Source: a virus
UHGV virus genome: UHGV-0212814
Strand: one strand, 5' to 3'
Length of the DNA: 49,586 nt
Part shown: positions 16,111-23,785 of the stretch, in pieces
How the letters are laid out: each line of letters opens with the position of its first letter
Position numbering within the stretch: the stretch's first letter is position 1
The notes under the pieces: model-generated
The model's input: only the letters and a program-made list of their open reading frames with translations
What the model was told of the DNA's origin: nothing
Database searches by the model: none
Position numbers and translations under genes: made by a program

Positions 16111-18713
16111 CAGATATGCCCTCCTTCCGCGGCGGCCGCCAGGAACTCACTGGTGAACATGGACAGCGCCCGGCCCATGTCATCAAAGTCGGTCTTCTTG
16201 GTCAGGGTGTTGTTGTTCTTGACATCCACCTTTAACTCAGCCAGGGTGAACCGGTTGATGATTTCCTGCTCCGCAGCATCACGCATGTATTTTAAGTCCT
16301 CGTCCATTATGTCCATTGAATCCTTTATGGCTGCAGTATTGGCGGCAGTGCTTCCAGTGTTACCAGCTATTTCCGGGCCTACACCACCGGAATAATAATT
16401 TTCCTCGGCTGTATTCTTAGCGTTCTTCTTTTCTTCTGCCTCCGCCTTCGCTGCAGCAATCCTACGTTCCCGCTCCTTCTGGCTTTGGTTGGCCTCGTAC
16501 TGCATCCAATACAAATTCTGTGCTCTGGCCTTCTTGTCAGCCAGATTCTGGTTCTGCAATGTTGCAAGGTCTGCGGCTCTCTGTTTTTGCTTTGCTTCCT
16601 CTTCCAACGCCGCGCCGGTTGCAAATTCGACGTGTGAAATTACCTCAATGGAAGTTCCCGCGATACTATTGGTCAGCTCAATTAGTCTGTTGATTCGGTC
16701 AATCGCACCATTTATAAAATCCTGCAGGATTGTCAGACCGGCCACCTTTAGGTTTCCAAGGGTGTTTAGTACGCCTGTTCTGAATGCGGCAAAGCCATAC
16801 TGCATGTTGTCTATGCCGTTTTGGATGCCGTTCCACGTGGTCACGAATCCGATTCGTAGCTTATCAGCCCAGGTAAGGACAGAGTTTACTACCGTCAGCC
16901 AGGCCACCTTAATCCCGCCTACGTGATGAATCCATACCAAGATAGCCGCTATGACTGCCATGATAGCGATTACTATCCATGTTAATGGACAGGCTAATAA
17001 AGCCATATTCAATCCATTTTGTGCTCCTGCGGCTGTCGCTGTAGCGGCTGCCTCCGCTAAATCTGCACTTGTTTTTAAAGCTGCCCTTGCCGCCGCAATA
17101 GCTTTTAATCCGTTACTAACTGCCTGTACAGTATTATAAGCAATTACAACTCCCTTATAAGCAATCAAAGCGGCTGCAACACCTCCTATAACAGGTCCAA
17201 GCCATGACCAGTTATCACGTATGAATCCAGCTGCGCCCACCATCGATTCAATCACTTGTCCAACGATAGGTATGATATCACTTAAGACTCCTGCAAAACC
17301 CATCACTGCTGTTTCCGCAGCTGGCATATTGGCATTTACAGTGGCAAAAAACTGCATCATAGCCGGATAGAGCCTAGCCCCCACAGTCTCCTTGATGTCC
17401 CCCCAGGTATTTGCCATCTGTTGAATCTGGCCTTGCGGTGTATTCGCCATGATGGCATTCATGTTGCTCACGTTGTTCGTAACTACCTCCGCAAGGGTGG
17501 CCGCACGCTCCTGCTCATTTCCATACTTTAATATCTTCTCCTGGGCGGCATCGAACGTGACGCCTACCCTCGTAAGCGCTCCGACCTGTCCCTGCATGAC
17601 CTTTCCCATCATGTTACCAATATTGACAGCATCCTGTGTACTTACGTTAACACCATTCTGCTGCACAGCCAGGTTGTTCATAGCAGGTATCAGTGTGTTT
17701 AAGGCATCTGTTGAGTTAAGGAATGTAGCCAATTGTTGAGCGCCTGAAAGCTGCACCTCATCCCCAACAACACCAAGTGCCTGCTGGGCCGCTGTGAGTT
17801 CCTTTACGGATTGTATATCAGCTGGACTTGCTCCCATGCGCTGACTCATGATGGCTCCCAGTTTCGTCTCGGCCTCGCTTTGCACGTTTTGAAGCGAAGT
17901 CGTGTCACTGACGAAATTAACTGCCATCTTGATTCCCTGGACACCCGTATACATTCCTACTAACTGCTTTATGCGGCTCCCCAAGCCATCATAAGCATTT
18001 CCACCGTTTCTGACTGATTGATTAAACTGCTCCTGGGCTGTTATGTTATCCCTTATGTTCCTTTCCGCAGTGGACACGGCAGAATTAAGCTGTTGGTATG
18101 CCTTATTCGCGGCACTGATATCCATACGAGACATGGCATTGTTTAACTCATCCTGTATGGATACAGCCTGGCCCAGTTGTCCCCTCAATGTTTCCAACTG
18201 ATTATTGGTCTGTTCGGTCCGCAAATTTACTGGGATATTATTTAATTCCTGGACTCGCATCGATACGGCCTGTATTCGGTTCTGTAAGGCTGCCATGTCA
18301 TTCAGCATACCCGGAGGGATTACTGACATCCTATTTGCCTGTGATGATATCGCCTGCTGGGTCTGATACAACTTCTGCGCCATCTGATTGGCTGACTGAT
18401 ATTCGGCCGCAAACCTGTCTGCCCCAGAGCTTGTAAATACTTTAGGTTCTGATGTCTGTGCCCAAGAGGGTTCTGGCACACTTACCGGCTTGTTTTGTAC
18501 GCGTTCCAGTTCTTCCTGGTATTGCGCTACTGCTACGGATGCACTATTTACCTGCTGTACTGTTGCTTCCCATTGGGCTGTATTGATTGCTGTCTCGCTG
18601 GCCGTCTGTGCAGCTCCAAAACTGCTTACCATCATATTCATGGCAGTAGTAATGGAGGATAGAACTGGTGACATCCTATCGTCTATTTGGATAGATGTTG
18701 ATATAGCAGACAT
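16110..18713 (-). CDS. tail tape-measure protein
   Basis: 867 aa; extensive coiled-coil; hydrophobic TM-like block (residues about 560-600); RBS AGGAAAGGAG. Confidence 0.9.
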   Translation of the reverse strand: MSAISTSIQIDDRMSPVLSSITTAMNMMVSSFGAAQTASETAINTAQWEATVQQVNSASVAVAQYQEELERVQNKPVSVPEPSWAQTSEPKVFTSSGADRFAAEYQSANQMAQKLYQTQQAISSQANRMSVIPPGMLNDMAALQNRIQAVSMRVQELNNIPVNLRTEQTNNQLETLRGQLGQAVSIQDELNNAMSRMDISAANKAYQQLNSAVSTAERNIRDNITAQEQFNQSVRNGGNAYDGLGSRIKQLVGMYTGVQGIKMAVNFVSDTTSLQNVQSEAETKLGAIMSQRMGASPADIQSVKELTAAQQALGVVGDEVQLSGAQQLATFLNSTDALNTLIPAMNNLAVQQNGVNVSTQDAVNIGNMMGKVMQGQVGALTRVGVTFDAAQEKILKYGNEQERAATLAEVVTNNVSNMNAIMANTPQGQIQQMANTWGDIKETVGARLYPAMMQFFATVNANMPAAETAVMGFAGVLSDIIPIVGQVIESMVGAAGFIRDNWSWLGPVIGGVAAALIAYKGVVIAYNTVQAVSNGLKAIAAARAALKTSADLAEAAATATAAGAQNGLNMALLACPLTWIVIAIMAVIAAILVWIHHVGGIKVAWLTVVNSVLTWADKLRIGFVTTWNGIQNGIDNMQYGFAAFRTGVLNTLGNLKVAGLTILQDFINGAIDRINRLIELTNSIAGTSIEVISHVEFATGAALEEEAKQKQRAADLATLQNQNLADKKARAQNLYWMQYEANQSQKERERRIAAAKAEAEEKKNAKNTAEENYYSGGVGPEIAGNTGSTAANTAAIKDSMDIMDEDLKYMRDAAEQEIINRFTLAELKVDVKNNNTLTKKTDFDDMGRALSMFTSEFLAAAAEGGHI

Positions 18714-18744
18714 GCGTCACTCTCCTTTCCTAAAAATTTGTATA

Positions 18745-18769
18745 AAAAGAACGCCCCGAAGGACGTTCT
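18745..18769 (-). terminator. intrinsic terminator after the mini-CRISPR array
   Basis: GAACGTCC-TTCG-GGGCGTTC stem followed by TTTTTAT on the minus strand; coordinates +/-1. Confidence 0.5.
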
Positions 18770-18777
18770 GATTATTG

Positions 18778-18941
18778 TTGCATTCTACGCTCCCCGAATA
18801 GGGAGCGACTGGGAGATGCCGGAGCAATTTAGTCACTTGCAGGATTTCAATCCACGCCCCCAAATAGGGAGCGACGATATCAACCTTGAGAATTTTTGAT
18901 AATTTTACTATTTCAATCCACGCCCCCAAATAGGGAGCGAC
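18778..18941 (-). CRISPR. mini-CRISPR array: three 32-nt type I-C-like repeats, two 34-nt spacers
   Basis: minus-strand repeat GTCGCTCCCTATTTGGGGGCGTGGATTGAAAT at 18910-18941 and 18844-18875; degenerate terminal copy at 18778-18809; spacers at 18876-18909 and 18810-18843; leader side with TATAAT promoter at high coordinates. Confidence 0.8.
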
Positions 18942-18965
18942 CGCAAGTATTGCTACTTGCAACTA

Positions 18966-18994
18966 CTATTATACTACATTTTGTGCTATCGCAA
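18966..18994 (-). promoter_or_regulatory. leader promoter for the mini-array (TTGCGA-15-TATAAT)
   Basis: consensus -10 hexamer about 26 nt upstream of the first repeat on the minus strand; coordinates approximate. Confidence 0.5.
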
Positions 18995-19034
18995 CACATA
19001 CTACGCATAACTTCCTTTTTGGGGTAGAAAAACT

Positions 19035-19092
19035 GGTGCGAATGCTTTAGCAGTATCATGTCAGCTTGACATTCGCACCGGCCCCTTTTTTA
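19035..19092. terminator. bidirectional intrinsic terminator (GGTGCGAATG...CATTCGCACC)
   Basis: 10-bp stem flanked by a T-run on both strands; ends the Bro-N operon on the minus strand. Confidence 0.55.
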
Positions 19093-19209
19093 CTGCGTCT
19101 TATGTGTTTCCAACTGCTCCCGCAAGGCCATCAGTTCCTTGATTGTATCATCATAACTTTTCAACATCTTCTCATACTGTTCCACGGGGATGATTATTAA
19201 TTTCTGCAT
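19090..19209 (-). CDS. 39-aa hypothetical protein (MQKLIIIPVEQYEKMLKSYDDTIKELMALREQLETHKTQ)
   Basis: RBS GAAGGAGG 7 nt upstream; stop codon lies inside the terminator. Confidence 0.35.
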   Translation of the reverse strand: MQKLIIIPVEQYEKMLKSYDDTIKELMALREQLETHKTQ

Positions 19210-19367
19210 ACCGCGGCCTCCTTCTTTCCATCTTCCAAGCCAGCATAATATGCCCGATTGATTTTGATTGCTATGGCCTTGAATAATTCTCTGTCGCTTT
19301 CATCTGGGTTTTTCAAATCTGCAGCCTTACAATCTGCATATGCTTCTACGTCCACTGGATATGTCAT
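19197..19367 (-). CDS. 56-aa hypothetical protein
   Basis: ATGA overlap with the Bro-N stop (translational coupling); GGAGGTG upstream. Confidence 0.35.
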   Translation of the reverse strand: MTYPVDVEAYADCKAADLKNPDESDRELFKAIAIKINRAYYAGLEDGKKEAAVCRN

Positions 19368-19945
19368 GAGCATGCCACCTCCCCACTTTTACCAAAGGTC
19401 ATTGCCAATTGCTCATACGCAGGAATCCGTATAACATAATCCGGCACATTAATGCCAGCCTGGAGGAATATATCTCGTACTGCCATTGCAATTTCGTGGG
19501 GAGGAATACCCTCACTTTTCATAATACGCTCAAAGAGACGGCCCGCATTTGTTGCACTCTCAATAGCTGCCGCCGATACTGGGTACTGACAAGTAGTGGT
19601 CACGGAATATGTACCGGTTTTGTGGAGGGCGGGAAGAACTTCGTCTGTAACCCAATCAGAAAATGCTTCAGCATTTGGCTTACGGCTTTTAAAAATCAAC
19701 TTGAATACGCCGCTTTCGGTAAGAAAATTTTCACCAGCATTGTTCAACTTTCGGATGTGAACATTAGTCACATCCGGATTTTTAAGTTTTCGCACCTGCC
19801 TGCCATTCATATGAGATACAGCCTTCCTAACCGCCTCATCGCTAAGCTCCAAACATTCACCCACATGATATGGGTTAAAGTATACTCGTCCGTCTAATTC
19901 AAATGCTTCTACCTCATGTCCATTAAAAATCATTAATTCCTGCAT
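19364..19945 (-). CDS. Bro-N domain protein (antirepressor-like)
   Basis: N-terminal IFNGHEVEAFELDGRVYFNPYHVGECLELS, typical of the Bro-N/KilA-N family; RBS GAAAGGAG. Confidence 0.65.
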   Translation of the reverse strand: MQELMIFNGHEVEAFELDGRVYFNPYHVGECLELSDEAVRKAVSHMNGRQVRKLKNPDVTNVHIRKLNNAGENFLTESGVFKLIFKSRKPNAEAFSDWVTDEVLPALHKTGTYSVTTTCQYPVSAAAIESATNAGRLFERIMKSEGIPPHEIAMAVRDIFLQAGINVPDYVIRIPAYEQLAMTFGKSGEVACS

Positions 19946-20059
19946 AACCTTTTATCTCCTTTCAAATTTGACAATTCGGAGAAAATAAGGTATAGTAACC
20001 CTAAGGATAGGACATACCCTATTCCCTCATGATTGAGTAAACACACTGCCGACCAAAGC

Positions 20060-20203
20060 TTACTGTGTTTGCTCTTTTTTTGTTTCTAAATCCTTTTGAA
20101 TCAAATCAATCACATACTGCATAAATGTCTTATCTTGCATAACAGCTTTTATCTTAGCTGTTTTATGCATTTCATCATTCATTTTAATTGTTATCCGTTT
20201 CAT
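20060..20203 (-). CDS. ribbon-helix-helix (CopG/Arc-like) DNA-binding protein
   Basis: 47 aa, MKRITIKMNDEMHKTAKIKAVMQDKTFMQYVIDLIQKDL; RBS AAAGGAGAT; divergent from the XRE gene. Confidence 0.5.
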   Translation of the reverse strand: MKRITIKMNDEMHKTAKIKAVMQDKTFMQYVIDLIQKDLETKKEQTQ

Positions 20204-20332
20204 CCCTATCTCCTTTCCCACAATTTAATTGTATGTATATTGTAGATTATACGCAATTAAATTACGTTCGTCAAGTGAAACTTGAATTAAATTGCGTATT
20301 ATGATACACTCAAAGAAAAAGGGGCGATTAAT
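20204..20332. promoter_or_regulatory. divergent promoter/operator region with three AATTnAATT sites
   Basis: ACAATTTAATTGT palindrome, plus GCAATTAAATT and its inverted copy. Confidence 0.45.
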
Positions 20333-20797
20333 ATGGCAAGTAATAAAACCATTGGAAACAACATAAAATCATATCGTCAAAAAAAAGGTATTACACAAAA
20401 ACAATTGGCTTCTCTTATTGGAAAAACTGAAAGTTCAATACAAAAATACGAAGCTGGCAAAGTTGAAATTCCTAAAAATGTACTTATTAAAATAGCCAAG
20501 CAATTGGACTGTTCCTTCTTACAACTAAATGGTATTAATGCTGATGACTTTCTTCCTCGGCTAAAAGAAGCAAACACTGATCCTGTATTAGTATTTTTAG
20601 ATTCTATAGGATATAAAGTTTCTGTTGGCGATACTGGAGGGGTTTTTATCGAAATATTTGATGAGGAAATCCCGCTAATGAGAAAACAGTATAATATCCT
20701 AAAAGAACAAATAATTTCATACGCAAAATTTGCTACCGAACGAACTCTCTATCCTCCTATTATGGAGCCTTGCGATGATTCACCCGCCACCGAGTAG
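20333..20797 (+). CDS. XRE-family HTH regulator with C-terminal extension
   Basis: ITQKQLASLIGKTESSIQKYEAG HTH_3 motif; 154 aa. Confidence 0.75.
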   Translation: MASNKTIGNNIKSYRQKKGITQKQLASLIGKTESSIQKYEAGKVEIPKNVLIKIAKQLDCSFLQLNGINADDFLPRLKEANTDPVLVFLDSIGYKVSVGDTGGVFIEIFDEEIPLMRKQYNILKEQIISYAKFATERTLYPPIMEPCDDSPATE

Positions 20798-20825
20798 ATG
20801 GCTTTTTCTGCATTATAAAAGCACC

Positions 20826-20856
20826 TGGATTCCTCCGGGTGCTTTTGTCCCTATAA
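20826..20856. terminator. bidirectional terminator between the convergent XRE gene and the SHOCT gene
   Basis: GCACCTGG-attcct-CCGGGTGC hairpin with T-runs on both sides. Confidence 0.5.
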
Positions 20857-21600
20857 ACCTAAAAGCTGTCTCTTCTTATCATCATATTCTTCTTGTGTGA
20901 TAGCCCCTGCGTCAAGAAGATTTTTATATTTTAAAATCTCATCAGCTGGTGATACTTCCGTGTTATTGCAGCCCTCAGTACTTTTTTCTATACCTCCCAT
21001 ATCACTTAATCCTAACATTATCTTCTCAGCCTTTTCACAGTAAGACTTAAATAGTATTGAATCAGATTTTACTTTTCCGGTAGGTAACAAATTTATGCTT
21101 AACTGAGGATACGAATTATTATAAAGATTAACAATAATTTTAAATTCATTTATTTCTTCTTTCTGTTTAGAGCCCGATAATCCTCCCAGAATCGCACCGA
21201 CGCCGCCAAATAGTAATCCTCCTACCAAAGCGCTTCCTACACCTACGGACAAAACACCCGTACCATTTTTTTGACATTCATAGTTAATAATATCATCAAA
21301 TGTGAAATATAAATTCCCATATGATTTTAGTTTCCACAGCCTATTTTGTTCATCAATAAAAAGTTCTTTTTCAATAACTTTAGTTTGATGAAATATTCTA
21401 CTTCTTTGTTGATTTATTTCATTATCATTAATAGCATCTTTTACTCTTTTTAGAGATATATCTTTCCATGCAAGTGTGATTAAACAAACTCCGCATTTAG
21501 CGATACATTCCTTACAAACATATCCATCTGCTATCTGCTTAACACCTTTCTGCCCACCACATATAGAACAGTTTTCCTTATTCCCCCCAAACAATCCCAT
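20851..21600 (-). CDS. MGLFG-headed zinc-ribbon / glycine-zipper TM / SHOCT-domain protein
   Basis: CSICGG...CKECIAKCG zinc ribbon; VGVGSALVGGLLFGGVGAILGGLSG TM; C-terminal SHOCT-like YKNLLDAGAITQEEYDDKKRQLLGL; ATG at 21600 with RBS GGAGGTAGG (the track ORF starts 2 codons earlier at a TTG). Confidence 0.7.
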   Translation of the reverse strand: MGLFGGNKENCSICGGQKGVKQIADGYVCKECIAKCGVCLITLAWKDISLKRVKDAINDNEINQQRSRIFHQTKVIEKELFIDEQNRLWKLKSYGNLYFTFDDIINYECQKNGTGVLSVGVGSALVGGLLFGGVGAILGGLSGSKQKEEINEFKIIVNLYNNSYPQLSINLLPTGKVKSDSILFKSYCEKAEKIMLGLSDMGGIEKSTEGCNNTEVSPADEILKYKNLLDAGAITQEEYDDKKRQLLGL

Positions 21601-21692
21601 TCTCAATACCTACCTCCGCGCCATAATAATCTATCCTTATTATAGCGTGGATTGGAAACTATTTCTACCTTTTCCTCCGGGTGCTTTACTCC
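21601..21692 (-). repeat. duplicated 5' leader (copy 1) upstream of the SHOCT gene
   Basis: about 60-nt near-identity with 22107-22191; minus-strand reading contains CGCTATAAT. Confidence 0.5.
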
Positions 21693-22106
21693 TTAAATTT
21701 CATAGCTTGATGATTGTTGATTTTCAGCTATCTTAGTTCTTATTTTCATCATCTTACTTGTTTCACTTGACACTCCCCAAAAATCAATATGCTTACTATC
21801 CCCATTCTTATCCAAGTAATTAATAACGTAATAGTGCTTAGGTATAGACTTGCATTTAGTCGTTGTTATATTCGTTCCTTTGTATTTCGCCATATATTGA
21901 TTTTCCTGCATGAAGATATCAATACTCAAAACTCTCTGCCTATCCAATCTAGCTTCAACTAATGGATTTGCTTTAGTTAGTAAGATTGCGTCATCTGTCA
22001 ATTGCAAACTACATGGAAAATTACAGACAAATCCCGGTAAATCCCCATCATAGAATTGCACAGTAACCTTTTCTGGTATCTTCTCTTTCTTCCCAAACAG
22101 TCCCAT
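21693..22106 (-). CDS. MGLFG-headed paralog B (hypothetical, beta-rich)
   Basis: about 45% identity with paralog A; identical first 11 residues MGLFGKKEKIP; shared YYVINYLDKNGD and SYEI end; the track ORF extends to 22202. Confidence 0.65.
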   Translation of the reverse strand: MGLFGKKEKIPEKVTVQFYDGDLPGFVCNFPCSLQLTDDAILLTKANPLVEARLDRQRVLSIDIFMQENQYMAKYKGTNITTTKCKSIPKHYYVINYLDKNGDSKHIDFWGVSSETSKMMKIRTKIAENQQSSSYEI

Positions 22107-22191
22107 AACATCCCCTCCACACCATAATAATCTATCCTTATTATAGCGTGGATTGGAAGTTATTTCTACCTTTTTCTCCCATACTCTACTG
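22107..22191 (-). repeat. duplicated 5' leader (copy 2) upstream of paralog B
   Basis: CCATAATAATCTATCCTTATTATAGCGTGGATTGGAA..TATTTCTACCTTTT core shared with copy 1. Confidence 0.5.
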
Positions 22192-22602
22192 CTAAATTTC
22201 ATAACTTTTTGACTTTTGTTTATTAGTCAATTCGTCCCTCAATCTCATCACTTTTAATGCTGATGACGATGCACTCCAAAAAACGATTTGTTTCTTATCC
22301 CCATTCTTATCTAAATAGTTTATGACATAATATGACGTCGGAATATCGCCCTTTCTAAAACCGCTTTCAGCGTTCCCTTTATACCTTTGCATATAATCAT
22401 TTTTACCAAGGACTTCCACAGACAATATCCGGTTTCTGTCAAGTCTCACCTCCGTGTATGGATTATTTTTAGTGATGCGCAGACAATCCTCCATTAATAA
22501 TATCTGGCAAGGCTGATTAACAGGAAACTCATTCAGCTCCCCCTCGTAATACATAACTCTTATCCCATCTGGTATCTTCTCTTTCTTCCCAAACAGTCCC
22601 AT
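22192..22602 (-). CDS. MGLFG-headed paralog A (hypothetical)
   Basis: 136 aa; RBS GGTGGAGGGG; a TATAAT lies about 30 nt upstream. Confidence 0.7.
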   Translation of the reverse strand: MGLFGKKEKIPDGIRVMYYEGELNEFPVNQPCQILLMEDCLRITKNNPYTEVRLDRNRILSVEVLGKNDYMQRYKGNAESGFRKGDIPTSYYVINYLDKNGDKKQIVFWSASSSALKVMRLRDELTNKQKSKSYEI

Positions 22603-22661
22603 AACATCCCCTCCACCTTTGCTTAATCTGGGAATATTATACCATCTCTTCTTTTCATATT

Positions 22662-22829
22662 CTACCGTTTCTTTCCCTTTTTCAGTCTCTGCGCTTCTTT
22701 TTTATCCCTTTCCAGCTTCATTTCAACCGCCGCCATCACATAAGCCTGTTCATCAATATCAAGGGCCAAGAACTCATGTGGCCACTTATGGAGTTTATGG
22801 AGGCAATAGTAGGCCACATTTGCCTCCAT
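22662..22829 (-). CDS. 55-aa protein downstream of the tail chaperone
   Basis: RBS GAAGGAGG 4 nt upstream; MEANVAYYCLHKLHKWPHEF...; may be the second (T-like) chaperone partner. Confidence 0.4.
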   Translation of the reverse strand: MEANVAYYCLHKLHKWPHEFLALDIDEQAYVMAAVEMKLERDKKEAQRLKKGKKR

Positions 22830-22843
22830 ATCGCCTCCTTCAA

Positions 22844-23275
22844 TTAGTTTTTTGCCTCATCCACCTTTTCCTGCATGGTCCTATCAAACCCATGGTACTC
22901 CTGCAGCTGGCCCATAAAAGCATTGTATTCCCCAGGGTCATCCAGCATCTCCACTATCAGCTGCTCCGCACCCATTACACCGTAAGAGTCCTGAAGTTCC
23001 TTATCATTCAGGTTTGGATATACCACACATGCAGCTGCCATCTTAGCCAGGTAACGATTGGCGTAAAACTTTGGCCGGTACATTCCTGGCTTTCCCGTCA
23101 CCTGTATATCCACGGTACAATCATCCCGCAGTGCATTATCCTCTTTTGTAGACAGCGGCCGGATTTCCCACATCATCGGTTTACCATTCTCGTCCAAAAA
23201 GGAGGCCGTTGCTGCAATCTTTAAATTCTCCTTAGTTCTCTTATTCTTCTTTAAAAATCTGCTCAAATCTCCCAT
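22844..23275 (-). CDS. XkdN-like tail assembly chaperone
   Basis: 143 aa immediately after the tail tube gene, as in PBSX-type myophages. Confidence 0.7.
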   Translation of the reverse strand: MGDLSRFLKKNKRTKENLKIAATASFLDENGKPMMWEIRPLSTKEDNALRDDCTVDIQVTGKPGMYRPKFYANRYLAKMAAACVVYPNLNDKELQDSYGVMGAEQLIVEMLDDPGEYNAFMGQLQEYHGFDRTMQEKVDEAKN

Positions 23276-23295
23276 ATCCTCTTATCCTCTCTTTC

Positions 23296-23769
23296 TTACT
23301 GCATTCCCGGAATATCAGCAAAGGCTTCCGGCATTTCAAATCCTTCGAAGGTGAAATCAAACTCATCCTCCAGGTATTCCGCATCTGCATCAAATCTTGC
23401 CAAGACCAGATTGTCTATATTGCAATCCGTCAGGATGATTGTCTGCCGCCCCACGCTGGACGATGGATCTTCGTTCGTCACTTGTATGTCAAAATATACG
23501 TCTTTCCCTGTGTTCTGGAACCTATACATCAATTCCCTAAAACGGCTCGTATTATAATGGAATGTTGCGGAACCGGACCCCTTCAGGCCGATGGCCTTGT
23601 TGCCTTTCATCATGCGACCAAGTATTGGAACCTCTGTTTTTACCTTTTCAAGCTTTGCCTCCAGGTTTAGCGCCTGCATGAACAGGAACCGTTCATTATC
23701 AATTGTAATGAAACACTCTGCCTTCGTTGCGCTGATTGCCTCCCATGCATTCATGGTTATATCATTCAT
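23296..23769 (-). CDS. tail tube protein (XkdM-like)
   Basis: 157 aa following the sheath gene. Confidence 0.8.
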   Translation of the reverse strand: MNDITMNAWEAISATKAECFITIDNERFLFMQALNLEAKLEKVKTEVPILGRMMKGNKAIGLKGSGSATFHYNTSRFRELMYRFQNTGKDVYFDIQVTNEDPSSSVGRQTIILTDCNIDNLVLARFDADAEYLEDEFDFTFEGFEMPEAFADIPGMQ

Positions 23770-23785
23770 CTATGTATCTCCTTTC

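Noticed and set aside
18717-18962. 81-aa minus-strand ORF (repeated VAPYLGAWIEI)
   Set aside because: Its repeated peptide is just the translation of the CRISPR repeats; this is an artefact of the array.
22619-23224. 201-aa plus-strand ORF
   Set aside because: It is antisense to the XkdN-like chaperone and the RBS-bearing 55-aa gene. Its composition is P/H/L-rich and it lacks an RBS.
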